A DNA stretch of 64,000 nucleotides, taken from Rhynchobatus australiae. Taxonomy: Eukaryota. The stretch is from positions 4,088,957-4,152,956 of the forward strand of contig JAUZTB010000042.1 of assembly GCA_034780895.1 (NCBI GenBank). The letters run 5' to 3'. A program made the translations under genes and the position numbers. This document shows, piece after piece, positions 50,019 to 63,191 of the stretch (position 1 is its first letter; each line of letters begins with the position of its first letter). The notes beneath the pieces were generated by a model that worked only from the letters and a program-made list of their open reading frames with translations, was not told where the DNA came from and searched no databases.

Positions 50019-50095
50019 TGACGTAAGCACGCCACCCACATGCACACACACACTATCTTAAAGGAACCTCACTAATTGTAACCTAGTCCGTAACA
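50019..50095 (-). mobile_element. 5' end of a second copy of the 20291-20701 LTR family (the rest lies in a gap)
   Basis: The reverse complement tgttacggactagg...ttagtgag...gtgtgtgtg...ggcgtgcttacgtca matches the start of the 20291 LTR. Confidence 0.8.
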
Positions 50096-50817
50096 TTACT
50101 AATTTGTCCCAAAGATGTCAGGATAAACATGACAAGGGAGGCCAGTCATTTTTGTCACGCAGCGGAGAAACATTTGGAAATGATGATAAGGGACAAAACT
50201 AACAGCCACATGGACAAACATCGATTTTAAATAGGGAAAGCCAGCATGTGGATCTTTTAAAGGCAAATTGCACGCAACTAACTTGTTAGAGTTTGTGGAT
50301 GAGGTAACGCAGAAATGAAGTTGATGTGGATTTTCAACAGCCATTTGAGCTGGATGGTTGTTGTGGAGGGGGGAGAGCACTGTGGTGGGGGAAGGTAGTG
50401 AGGGCATGCTAAGGGTGGAGGGAATCTCCTGAGATAGGGGAAGATGTAGGAGGTGTGAATGGGAGGGGGGGGTGGTGAGTGGGAGAGCGGAGTTCCTTGG
50501 GTGGTGGAGTTGGCTATTTGTTCCAAGTGACAGTTTCTAAACATAGAGCCATGTGTGTATTTAAATATTAAACATTTGACATGTTCTCATGTTATTTAGT
50601 TTGACAAGTTATTTCTGTGTTAACCTGGCGTCTAGTGCATGAAAAAGGAAAGTGGCTCTTCTGTAAACTTTTTAAATTCGATATGAAAGTTCCATTGTAG
50701 TTCTACTCCAGCAGAGTTTCCAGTTGGAATCTGTTGCTCTCCCTCCCCTCTTTACTCCTATCACTATCCAGTAGTCGTTGCTCACCATCTGCATTAACCT
50801 CTTTCTCACCTCTTCTT

Positions 50818-51045
50818 ACCATAGAACACTACAGCACAGAAAACAGGCCATTCGGCCCTTCTAGTCTGTGCCAAAACTTTACTCCGCTGGTCCCATTGAC
50901 CTGCACCCAGTCCATAACCCTCCAGACCTCTCCCGTCCATGTATCTATCTAATTTATTCTTAAAACTTAAGAGTGAGCTCGCATTTACTACATCAGATGG
51001 CAGCCTGTTCCACACTTCCGCCACTCTGAGTGAAGAAGTTCCCCA
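50818..51045 (-). mobile_element. Short young CR1 3' end
   Basis: The minus ORF reads VWNRLPSDVVNASSLLSFKNKLDRYM, followed by tail gggccgaatggcctgttttctgtgctgtag. Confidence 0.9.
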
Positions 51046-51433
51046 TCTACTGTGCCCCCACTCATAAAGAAACCACTGCCAACATTGATCTGCTCATCAG
51101 GTGGAAGCAAACGACTGAAAATAATTTTAAATTTCCAACTAAATTCTTAATAGATTTTCCACAACCCTTTTAATTTAACTACTTCCACTCCATATGGAAC
51201 GAGAGCCTCCCTATCTGTGTCATGCCACTCTAAAGAAGGAACTGGCATTGAGTACTCTGCAAACCATGTCCTTTCCTGGTTTTAGTTGTCACTTAGATTG
51301 CCTCTTCAACTAACTTTCAAGATGTTAAGGATTGAGAAATGATAGCACTCATCACTTTGAAAATAAGCACAGTTTATTTAAGTATATTTGTAGAAACATT
51401 TACTCATTTGTCATTTTCTTTGACAAATTCCAG

Positions 51434-51931
51434 AAACAATCCCAGTATCTTCATCAACAGACTGGCAAGCTGCTTTTGGGTTCGGCTCCTCCAAACAACA
51501 AGAGGATGACCTGGGTTTCGACCCGTTCGACATCACCAGGAAAGCCTTAGCAGACCTGATAGAGAAGGAACTCTCAGTCCAGGACCAACCTTCCAACGTG
51601 GGCCTCACTTCCCCCACCGCACTACAGACCCCTTCGCAAACTGCAAACAAAGGCATTGGTGGCTTCTTGACACCAGCTTCTGCCACAACAGCCAACTCCA
51701 TAGGCAACTCTTTCCCCAACTCTGTATTACCGCGGAGGTTCCCAGCTTTTCAGCACAGAGCTGTCTACAACTCGTTCAGTTTTCCAGGTCAGGCACGGTA
51801 CCCATGGATGGCATACCCTCACAATAGCATGATGCACTTGAACCACACAGCAACGCCCACCTCGAACAGTAATTTCTTGGACTTAAATATACCACCGCAC
51901 AGCACAGGACTTGGTGGAATTCCTATATCAG
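51434..51931 (+). CDS. CNOT4: CNOT4 coding exon 10 (CAF40/CNOT9-binding motif); the gene continues beyond this exon
   Basis: Acceptor ttttctttgacaaattccAG. Encodes (E)TIPVSSSTDWQAAFGFGSSKQQEDDLGFDPFDITRKALADLIEKELSVQDQ...GLGGIPIS. Donor CAG|GTAGGT. 498 nt, phase 1-1. Confidence 0.97.
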
Positions 51932-54380
51932 GTAGGTGGCAACTGGTGGATAATTGTAACTGCTTACTAACTTGAAGATTCTTTGTTGTATTCAGGAAAT
52001 ATAAAACCAACAGCTGTGTTGAGTGCACAAGAGTGCGACGTCTGGGTCCTAAAAATGTGTTTTTTTTTCCATCCTGACATTTTGTTATGAGTCGCTTGAC
52101 TTCGACCATCTTTAAAGAACTCCAGATTCTTGCAGCATTTGCAGCTTCTGTCGTGGCTTGGCTGGAGATTTTGATTAACACTTAACCCACATCATCAACG
52201 TCCCGGGTTTTGTTTTCTTGAGTGTCAGGGTAAATGAATTACAATTAACCTACTTACCACAAGAAAACAAGTGGGGTAAATCCCATTCCTTACCAGTTCA
52301 ACAGGAGGTGCTGGCAGCACTGGTTTGATACACCTGTGATGAATAGTTGACAATGAAATACTTGGAAGGTATTGGTCTCAGTGCTCTTATACCACAGTAT
52401 GGAGATATCTATTTAGTTTATTCTTTTGCCCCTCCTATCGACAATGCAAGAATTGCTACAACTTCAAGTTGAGATATTGTCACGTGTAGGTGACTTTACG
52501 GTTGGCTATGTAGATGTGCTTACATTATACGATATAGTATATTCTAGGATCTCATTTTTTATTCTGCTCTTTCTCAATATGAACCCTGTGCTGAAAAGCA
52601 AAGTATTAGATTTAAAGCCAAAACCAATTTGCACCAGAGAAATTAGTCCCCTTTTGTTATGAATGTTGCTCCGTGGCTCATTGTAAGAACAAGTGTTATT
52701 TCTCTAACCAGAGCAAGGGAGGGTATGGAAGGTGCCCAAATACTGTCAAGCACCTGGTGTGAATTAAGTCAATAAAATGATCCCCTCTAAGCTGGGCATT
52801 TTTAACTTGTGATTATTGGGGAAGATCAGACAGGCAGACTTCTCCCAATGAAGAAAGCTGTTTTGCATTGGTGCAGAGATGTTTTTGTTTAGAGTTGAAA
52901 TAACCTGAGCTACTAAAGCAGTTTAAGATTTGTCTACTCAGATGATTTGTTTGTTATTGCTCATTCTTTCCACGTGACATCGGAGAGTGTTTTAACAACG
53001 TTCATGGTGCTGTATTTCTCAGTATTGACTTTTCTCTGAATTATCCTGTTCACATTTCTTTGCAAAGCACTGAGATGATTTACCTTATCAATAATCATGA
53101 ATGCACAAACAATCCCTCAGTGTTGTATTGTGTGATTCATCAGGAGAGGATTCAAATTACTGATCACAAGGTGATAAGGAAATTTGCAGCATTATCTTGG
53201 GAAATTGGTGTCTAAGACACAAGGGGGTGCTGCCAATTCAAAGTTGAGCTGATTGCTATTGCGCAATTTTGTNNNNNNNNNNNNNNNNNNNNNNNNNNNN
53301 NNNNNNNNNNNNNNNNNNNNNNNNNNNNNNNNNNNNNNNNNNNNNNNNNNNNNNNNNNNNNNNNNNNNNNNNNNNNNNNNNNNNNNNNNNNNNNNNNNNN
53401 NNNNNNNNNNNNNNNNNNNNNNNNNNNNNTGTCCTCTCTTGGCTACTGAAGAAATTTTCTTGTCAGTGTTGTACATATTCACATTTAAAAAAAAAAATTT
53501 AGTTATCTTGTTTTCACTTTCCATGAAACAGTCACCCTTGCAGAGTTATGATTCTGTGGGTGCCATTAACAACCACCTAATTGGTCCTGGTGCCCATTCA
53601 TTATGAGCTTCTAAAGAATATCTACAGAATCCGACCCTTCAGATCTCTCTGCCAAAGGCTGTCCTGCTACCATCCAGTGATTACATCTGACATCTTTCAA
53701 CGGGATTCACTGGGAAGTAGTGAGGGTGGTAACACTTTTTTGTTACCATAAGCAGCTGAGGAATAGTGGGGTTAATTTTAACATTTAATTGTCTAGACTC
53801 GTATATTAATCAGTTTGCCTCAAGGTGTCATCTCTGGATTGCAGCCTCTGCTTCAGAGCAAGCAGAGGCTGATCATCTCTTGTCTGTTCTACACCAGAGA
53901 GAAGAATATTTTCATCTAAATCTGTACTGAAATTCACTCTAGTTTTAGGCTTCTGTAGTACTAGCTTGTGCTTTGCTTGCAGTCTCTGGCCCAGTCTGTG
54001 ACATCCTCAAGAGCCATCAATTCATTCTATCAGGAAAAATCTTCAGCAGTATCTGTCTTCTGTGGATAATTTATGCCAGCTCCTCCCCCCCCCCCCCCCC
54101 AACACACATACAAAAAAAAACTCGGTATACTCCAGGTCTGGTGGATTTTCAAGTCATTTTCCCAGAAACACTGACAGCTAGCATTTCCTGTGAAGAACAT
54201 GGCATACTAAATTTTGAAGCTTTCAGTCATTTTGCAATTTTTAAGACTCCTTGGCCTTTTTATATCTGACAACAGTGATGACAAATTTCAGGGGACATTG
54301 ATAGACTAGGGAAATGGCCTGACGTATGACTCAAGAATATGGTGAGCGCTGATTTTGCAAGAAGAACAAGGTGAGCTTAA

Positions 54381-54617
54381 GGGGTGGCATGGTAGCATAG
54401 CGGTTAGCACGATGTTATTAGAGCACCAGCAATCAGGGTTCGATTCCTGTCGCTGTCTGTAAGGAGGTTGTATGTTCTCCCGTGTCTGCGTGGCTTTCCT
54501 CTGGGTTCTCTGGCTTCCTCCCACATTCCAAAGACGTACGGTTAGGTTAACATAGATTTATAATGGGTGGCATGGACTCATTGGGCCAAAAGGGCCTGTT
54601 ACCATGCTGTAAATAAA
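54381..54617 (+). mobile_element. Near full-length tRNA-derived V-SINE (HE1-like)
   Basis: A-box-like tggtagcatagcggt, B-box ggttcgattcc, V-type core tggctttcctctgggttctctggcttcctcccacattccaaagacgt, CR1 tail gggccaaaagggcctgtt. Confidence 0.88.
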
Positions 54618-54649
54618 ACATAAAGATATTTTTAAAAATATAAAATATA

Positions 54650-55275
54650 ATGTAAGTCATGCCATTTTGAAGGGCGAGTAAGAACGGGAAACTGGGATCT
54701 CTGAAGGTGGTGGGCCATTAAAATATTTGTTTAAAAAGGAATATAGGGTACAAAAGTAAGGAAGCTGTGATAAACTTTCCAAACCACTGATAACTTCCTG
54801 GCTGGATTAGTGTGGCCAGCGCTGGACATTTTGAGGCATGGGCTGGCCTTGATGGAGCTCTGGAAGAGATTTACTGAAATGGAGTTGATGAAGAATATAC
54901 CATATAGAGATAAGTTGGGTTAATTCTCCTTGGAACACAGAAGCTGAAGGCAATTTGGAGTTGAAAATAATCAAAAGGGGGGCAAAAAGATGTACATGCT
55001 ATAGAAGGACTGATGAAAATTCCCTAAGCAAGTTCCAAGGATGGTGAGTTGCCTGCATGAGGAGAGACTGATTAGATTAGGCCTGTGTTCTCTGGAGATG
55101 AGCAGAATAAGAGGTGATCTTATTGAAGCATACAGATTTCTTACAGGGCTTGGAAAGTTGGAGACTGGGAGAATGTTTCCCTTGGCTAAGGATTCTGGAA
55201 CCAGGGGTTAAAGTCTCGGATGTAGAGAAGCTCATTTAGGACTGAGCTGAGACACTTTTTCATTTGAGAATAGTG
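54650..55275 (+). mobile_element. CR1-type LINE fragments
   Basis: gagactgattagattaggcctgtgttctctggagatgagcagaataagaggtgatcttattgaagcataca (RLxRLGLxSLExxRxRGDLIE). Confidence 0.75.
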
Positions 55276-58200
55276 TATATGTTGGACTTTTGACAGGAGG
55301 TTTTCGTAGTATGTCATTCCTGTTCTTCCTTACTGAAGTTTGGTAAATTCTAATTGCCTCTTGCCAATACATCTCCAAGTAAGATTAATTCTCTATCAAA
55401 ACCATAATTCTATTTCTCTTCACAGTAATAGCTACTTTATGGTAGTGGTCTTGTATGAGAAATGAATGAGCCATATTTAGGTCAAGAATTGTAATGGAAC
55501 ACAGCAATGGAGGGGGCCAGCAATAATGAAAATGGCGCTGAAAGTGGAATTTAAGTCTGCGTCAGAGATGGAAAATGGTGGTGAGAACATGGCAGGTTTG
55601 TTGGAAAGATAAGGTGTTAATGATTAGAATAACACAAGGCAGTCCTGACCTGGATAGATAACGGGGCTTGTGTTCCCAGCAATTATTGCAATTTGAGGTA
55701 ATCTGTGTCAAAAGCCCTTATAATCCCTTGTTCAAAGGAATAAAGATAGAAGAGTGACTTTTTTGCTCTGAGATGTCTTGCGTTTCTCCCCCTCCCTGTA
55801 AAGCAGCATCAAAATGCCTAATCTTCCTCTTTGCTTTGAATTTGGGTGGAGCATATTGCATCTTGAATTCCAAAGATTAAAATATCTTAAATATTTTGCT
55901 CCTGTAAGATGTGCTCTTACGTAATTGAATGTTCTGTTAGCAGCACCAGGAGAACATAGGTGGTGCTACAGTTTGCATTATACACTGTGGTAATGACATG
56001 ACTGGTGCAATTTGATGCAATGTACTGTTAGAAGAAAACCTGACAATGGTGCAGTTTGATTGAGTGTGGAGACAGAAAATCTGTTTGGATACAATATGCA
56101 GATGGAGAAGTAGTATAGAGAACCAAGAGCATGTGGATGATCCATCTTGTAGTACATCACCTGTGACAAATTGATTTGTCATTTGATACTGGATGTGGAG
56201 GTCAAATCTTCCTCTTTTCTACATTTGTGTGGAAGCCAAACTTGTTCCTCAGTCATGACTTCTAGGTTGGTCAAATGTCCTGTGCTTTTTTTTTGACCCC
56301 TGGCCCTTAGCACTGCTTTTTCAACATGTGATTGTGCCTTTGCTAACAAGAAAAGTGATGGTTCATTGGACCATTTTCATCATACTACCTCAATGTCAAG
56401 CCAAGTGTTTATTTAGATATGCTGCACGTGCAATAATGAAAGAGGTACCTCAAGCTATACCATCTTTCACTTTTACTGAAGTAATGTCAACTGATGCTAA
56501 TGGTTCTGGGCTGCTAGTGGTTGCTGATAAGCTTGAATTTAATGTATCTTTTTAAGAGTTCCTGTGCAGTTTCAGCAGCATTTGAACTTGTTATTTTTCC
56601 TTATTTTGACATGACAAATATGTTGTGTATCATAGCTCCAGTATGCTGTACCTATCATTAACTGGATGTCCAAAAGGGCACTTTGGTTCACGCAATTTTA
56701 AACATGGCAGAGTTCATTCAATTTCTTGCGAAAGTGCCTTGCAGATTCAGGTCTCAGGTTGTATCAGGTGGTGAATTGCCCTTTTTCCAATCCCTCCATG
56801 GATGGAAGCATGTCATTAACAGTGCTATCAAATGACACTTATTTACCAATAACCTGCTTGTGGATGCCAGTTTGGACTTTACCAGGATCAATCAGATGCA
56901 CACCACATCACAGCCTTCAGATGGGGACAAAGCAATTTAATTCCTGAGATGAGTGTGTGACTGCCCTTGACATCAAGTCAGCATTTGACAAAGTTAGCAT
57001 TGAAGAGCCTGGGCAAAACCAATGGTTGATCATATCTCACATAAAAGTAGTTGTGATTGTTGGAGGTTTTATCACCCTTAAGACCCCCACAGTGCAGTGT
57101 CCAACACCCAACCAACTTTGGCTGACCTTGTATGATAAAGAAAGAAGTGGGGATGTTTGTTTAACCAGAGTTCAATTCCATTTGGAACTAAGAAAATGAA
57201 GTAGTTTGTGCCTGGGTGCAGCAAGACCTAGACCACGTGAACTGAAAAGTAGCAAGTAACATTAATGCCACAAAAGTGCTGGGCAACGACTGCTTCCAAC
57301 AAGGCAGTCTAACTATTCTTGGGAGAAGTACAACCATTCAGTAAATTCCCTCAAAAGCAATATCCTGGATTCACCATCGATAAACTCAATTGGACTACTC
57401 TCATACTGTACCTGCTTTGGCAATAAAGGCAATTCAGATGAGAGTTCCCAAATAAGATGCAGGAATAGGAACATCTTGGACTTTTTTCTTAAATGTGCAA
57501 CTGATAAAAGTTAATTTTTTTGTTTTGCTTTGAAATATATTTATCGTTTTAATGGAATAACCTGAACTACACAATTTAATAAATTTGTTGGGTTATGGAG
57601 TGCTACTGTGATAGTATTAGTGTGTGCACTATTCAGGTATTTGTGGTATTTGTTCTTTCAGGTAGGTTGTGAAGCGTCAACTGACAATAGCAAAGTTCAT
57701 CAACTGTTTCTTTTCAGAACACCTGGATACTCCATTTCTTCCGGTGGTAATTAGCCATGTATGTTATTGAACGAGTTCATAAGTTCATTTCAGTATTAAT
57801 ATTGCAAGTTTCCTAACATTTGTAGCGGAACTCCACATAGGAAATAATTTCTATTTTTTTTTTGGCGTAAGGATTCTGTTTTGCCTCATCTGAAATTGAG
57901 CTGGGAGCACCAGAAGGATGATATCCTACTAATGAAATTATTTACCAGTGGAAGATTTAATAATTCTAAAATCCTACTGTTCCTCTTAGCAAAACTAGGT
58001 ATCAATCCATTCAGCGTTCAAATAGAAACATTATAAGCCGAAATAGGTCATCCAGCCCCTCATGCCTGCTCTGACANNNNNNNNNNNNNNNNNNNNNNNN
58101 NNNNNNNNNNNNNNNNNNNNNNNNNNNNNNNNNNNNNNNNNNNNNNNNNNNNNNNNNCTAGTCCCCCTTTTCCCCCCCCCCCATCATTCCTTTTTCCAAC

Positions 58201-58739
58201 ACTATCAAGCCCTGTGAGATTTTTTTCTTTTTCAATGAGACCACCATTCATTGTTGACTTGAGCTATTACAGGCCCAGTCTGCTTGATCTTTCCACCATC
58301 CCAGAATCTTGCAGCCCCTCAATTGCAAGTTCATGTTTCTAAGCAGTCTTGTGAACCCTTTATGCCATGATTTACTTTGTCATTTAAAGCTGCTTATTGC
58401 AGTTAGTCTTGGAAAAAGTTATATTTAGATAATGGATTTTCCTTGTCTGAAAGGAAGCTTGTATCCAGCTCCCCACTCTAACTGCTTGAATGAAAGTTCA
58501 CTCTCGTGACATTTCCATAGATTCATCTCTACCTTTTGTCTTCAGGGAAGCACCCAAACTTTGTACTCAGCTGCTAGCATAGATTTCTCTCTTTTTAATC
58601 TGTACCCAGTATTCATTTAATCTATGATGAGTACTCAACCATGATAATAATATCAAGAAGTGGGGAGCCCTTTTTCAGGGGAACATTCCTGTAATCTGGC
58701 CCATTAGTCATTCATTCTGAAGAATATTGCTTACTGTGT

Positions 58740-59045
58740 CACCAAAAACATCTATTTGGCCCTCCTGTCAGTCCAATTCTCCTGTAGCCTTGCAACTTAT
58801 TCTCTCAAATGCCTTTGCACTTCCGCATGATTTTCCCATCAAACTGCATGAAGGAATAGTTTGCAGTGGCAATCAACCTAGCAACGTGTCTTTGGAATGT
58901 GACAGGAAACTGGCACGTCTGAGGAGAAACCTACATGGTTATAGAGGGAATATGCAAACTTACAGACGGCACCTGAGGCCAGTGTCGAACTCTGCTCTCC
59001 AAAACNNNNNNNNNNTTACAGTGCTAACTGCTGCACCACCAGATT
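58740..59045 (-). mobile_element. V-SINE (decayed)
   Basis: tctttggaatgtgacaggaaactggcacgtctgaggagaaacctacatgg is the reverse of the SINE core. 5' end at ctaactgctgcaccacc. Confidence 0.7.
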
Positions 59046-60699
59046 GCCCCTCTTAGTTGTCACCTACCCTTGGGTCATCTCTCATCGACATCATGACTGG
59101 TAAAGTTTGTACTAGTAACTTGTTAGCTGGATCCATAGCATTCAACTATTTAAAGTGACTCCTTTGAGCACAGCGTATTACAAGACAAAATAGTGAAGTA
59201 GGTTTGCTGGTAAGGTACTTGTGTACAACAATTCCTTCAAGTGATATAGTTGTTTACCTTCTCCATCTCTTTCCACTATTGAATGTTTCTCATGTTACAA
59301 TGAAAATGGAGCAAATGAAGCACATGTAAAAATATTACTTGAACGATATTCCAAGCCAACTTCAAAGCCTGCCAAAGTGCATTTCTATAGAACTAGACTA
59401 TCATGGCCTTTTAATCTTGTCACCATAATGCTCCTGCTGGGAGCTGTCACCCTGCATTTTAAATAGGCGATGGCAAAGTAAGGCACTATTATCTTGCACA
59501 GATGTTTACAATTACCAGTGTATAAACATTAAAATCCATCTATCATATTTAGCTTGTTTAAATAACTTGTCCCAAGACTGTGCAAAGGTCATCGATCTTT
59601 CTGGTCATTAACTTCACCAGAGTTACCCATAAATGTTGTTAATGACATACTGTTCCATTTCATTAGAAATTTTAACTCCATGGGTTGCAATTCTTGGAAC
59701 TCAGTTGGCTACTTTTATCCAGACAGCACTTTTCTTTATCACCACCAGTTTGTCTACTATTATCAAGTATTTTCTCAATCTGTGGACACCTCCAGTATTG
59801 TCAAGTGCCTTTTCTGAAATGTGAAGTAAGCCATCTCAATGCAGATGGGGCAGTGTCTGTAGAGGGCTAAGTGGTTAATGTATCTCAAATGGCCTTTGGA
59901 TCAGATTTGTAGACAGCAAGTACAGGCTCGTGCAAAAATAAAAGTGAGCAGGATAAGAGCAAAGTGGCAGTTGGATAGAATAAAGTACAAGAATGATGAG
60001 GTGAAAAGGTGTAATAATGAAACAGGCATGGAAACGAGTGTCCACAGGAATACATGACTATACACAATATCAGGGTGAGGGAGAGAAGCATGGAAAAACT
60101 GACAAAGGGCTTTCTGTGGCCTGGCATTGTCACCAGAGGGATGTAGAGAAACTAGCCCCTTGTGCTTCATGGGATAGAATGTGCACCAGACCAAAGATTT
60201 TGGAGGTAAACATTTGTTGCTTAAGTAGACTTTAAGTAAGATATTTCTAACCTGTGCTTGCTTGTTTATCTGTCCCCATTTCCCAATCATAGTCTCTTTT
60301 TATTTTCCTTTTTCTCAAAAAGGTCACTTCAGTGTTCTTTTCCTATTGGACAATGGCTATTGCTAGGTATGTTGACCAGCTGGAGAGCATGTATTCCCTG
60401 GTGTTGGGGTTGTTCCAGTAAGGAAGTGTAGCTCGGCAGTAATGCCCTGTGGATGTGCCATGTTGAGACTTGGACAAAGACTCATTTCACTGGTCATCTT
60501 GGGTCACAAGTTATTCCTGCCTTCAAATATGTATTCCAGGTGCAAGCCAATACTCTGGATTCCAGCTATCTTTTTGTCCATTCTGTCCAAAGTTTCATAT
60601 TGCATACAAAAAATGAAGGATGAAATTGTTGCTGAGCTTATTTAAATGTATCGATGGCAGTGCTGAAGAGGGCAAAGAGTGAATGCAAATTGGGATGAT

Positions 60700-60992
60700 C
60701 TGGTGCTGCTACTTCAGATCCCAGGGACCGAGGTTCAATACCAACCTGGCATGCTCTCTGTGTGGTGTTTTTGACTTTTTCCATGACTGTAGATTTCCTT
60801 CCTCATCCCAAAGACGTGCTGCTGGGTTAATTGACTACTGTAAATTACCCATGCTTGTAGGTAATTGACAAAGGAACCAAAAGGGAGTCGAGAGAATAAA
60901 CTGCAAGGCTATAGGGGAATGTGACTGGTAGTATTGCTCTGCAAAGAGATGGTCTGAACCTGATGGGCTGAATGGTCTCCTTTTGTGCCATA
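60700..60992 (+). mobile_element. V-SINE (decayed)
   Basis: ggttcaatacc B-box-like, catcccaaagacgtg...ggttaattgactactgtaaattaccc, tail atgggctgaatggtctccttttgtgc. Confidence 0.7.
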
Positions 60993-61559
60993 ATAAATTA
61001 GTAAAAAAAACGCACTCTGATCTGCCTGTGTTCTACAAATTGATTCATGTAGACACCAACTATCATTGGTTAGGTATATTTTGTGCTTTATCAGCTGTTT
61101 TCCACAGTCCAACCGGACCTTGTGCATAGTTCTGCTGCAGGGTACTCTTGTATCTGGTAACCACACCTGAGGTAGAAGCGAATGGCATCAGACACAGCAG
61201 TCTGCCCAAAGGAAATGGATCAAATCATGGAGTTTCAAACCTCCCCAGGATTAGTGCTTAAAATAAGCCAGCTCTTGAGGTTGCCTGGATGCTGGTGTGG
61301 TGTTGAGGGGGTTTTTAAGTGTTGTTTTTGAACTGCATGGTATTTCAACTCCATTATTTTGAATGTACACACAAAAGTTTTGACCATACACACTAAAATG
61401 CAGTAGCTTTTGTACAGCTTAAGTGATGATGCATATTGGAAATGTCTTGAACAGTTCTTAATAACAAGGAATAAAATCTTTTCTGATTCATCCAAATAAT
61501 AACTATTGTCCTGATGCATCGAAGATTAACCTATGTTGGGGCTTTGGCTCTCACAACTT

Positions 61560-63118
61560 ATAGAGTCATAGAGTTGTCAACAATAAAAACAGGCCCTTTG
61601 GCCTATCATGCCTATGCTGACCATCATGCCTATCTGTATGAATCCCACACGGCTGCATTAATTCCACACCAATCTTTACCTTGGTTATTCAAGTATGTGT
61701 TCACATGCCTCATAAATGTTGTTGCCGTCCCTGCCCTGACAGCTCATTCCAGATACCAGCTACTCTGTGTGTAAAATGTTCCCTTCAGATCCCCTTTAAA
61801 CTTTGTCCCTCTCACCTTAAACCTCTGCCTTCTAGTTTTAGACACCCACACCACAGGAAACAGACACTGGCTATCTACCTTATCTTTGCCTCTCATATTT
61901 TTATAAACCTTTATCATGTTACCTCTCAGCCTCCTGTGCTGCAGGGAAAACAGACCCAGCCTATCCAATCTCTTGTTATAACTCGAGCCCTACAGTCCAG
62001 GCAACATCCTTGTGAATCTTTTCTGTACACTTTCTACCTTAATCACATCCTTCCTGTAGTGTGGCGACCAGAACTGCTCACAACACTCTGTGCTGCATAA
62101 CCAACATTTTGTACCACTGTAACATCGTGTCCCAACTCTTGTACTCAGTGTCTTGGCCAACGAAGGCAAAGAAACCAAGTGCCTTCCTCACCACTGTGTA
62201 GCCACTTTCAGTGAACTATGCACTTGTACCCCAAGGTCTCTCTGTTCAACAACATTACCCAGGGCCCTGCCATTCACTGTGTATGTCCTGTGGTCATTTG
62301 ATTTCCCAAAGCATCACTTTGCTGTTGTCTGAGTTCAACTCCATCTGCCGTTCCCTTGCCCACTTTCCCAGTCCCTTTACATTTGATTTCCCAAAGTGCA
62401 GCACCTCACACTTGTCTGGATTAAACTCCATCTGCCATTTCTCTGCCCACATCTGCATCTGATCTATATCCTGCTGTATCCTTTGACACTATCCACAACA
62501 CTACCTATCTTTGTATCTTCTCTGAACTTACTAAACAAACAGCAGAGGTCCCAGTACGGATCCCTGCAGAACACCACTAGTCACAGACCTTCAGCCAGAA
62601 TAAGTCCCATCGACCACTACCCTCTTTTTGTGGACAAGCCAATTTCTATTCCGGACAGCCAAGTCACCATGGATCCATGCATCTTAACCTTCAGGATTAG
62701 CCTACCATGAGGGACCTTGTCAAATGCCTTACTAAAATCTATGTGGACAACATCCACAATTCTAGCTTCATTGATCACCTTCATCACCTCCTCGAATAAC
62801 TCAATCAAATTAGTAAGACATGACCTGCCCTGCACAAAGCCATACCGACTGTCCCTAAATCTCATAAATCCCATCCTTAAGAATCCTCTCCAATAGCTTC
62901 CCCACCACTGACGTGAGACTCACTGGTCTGTAGTTTCCAGGATTATCCCTATTTCCCTTCATAAACAATGGAACAACATTAGCTACTTGCCAGTCCTCTG
63001 GGACCTTGCCTATGACTAGAAAGGACAGAAAGGTCTTGGTCAAGGCCCCAGCAATCTTGCCTCTCTCAATAACCTGGGATATATCCCATCAGGCTCTGGG
63101 GACTTATCCACCTTAACA
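61560..63118 (-). mobile_element. CR1-type LINE, ~1.55 kb of ORF2 (RT and C-terminus), decayed
   Basis: Minus ORFs: KVDKSPEPDGIYPRLLRE; VPEDWQVANVVPLFMKGNRDNPGNYRPVSLTSVVGKLLERIL; YGFVQGRSCLTNLIE..DFSKAFDKVPH; QFWSPHYRKDV; DRLGLFSLQHRRLRG. Confidence 0.95.
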
Positions 63119-63191
63119 TTCTTTCTTTCTTTTTCAATATTTTTATTAATTTCAAATAAGAAGTACAAAATGCATGAAACAAAGGAAAATA
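63119..63191 (-). mobile_element. Probable poly-A 3' tail of an L1-type insertion running into a gap
   Basis: The minus strand reads T-rich ...tttgaaattAATAAAaatattgaaaaagaaagaaag and abuts the CR1 sequence. Confidence 0.5.

Noticed and set aside
54381-54450. tRNA-like A/B boxes
   Set aside because: They form the head of a SINE. No cloverleaf is evident, and they are followed by the SINE core and CR1 tail.
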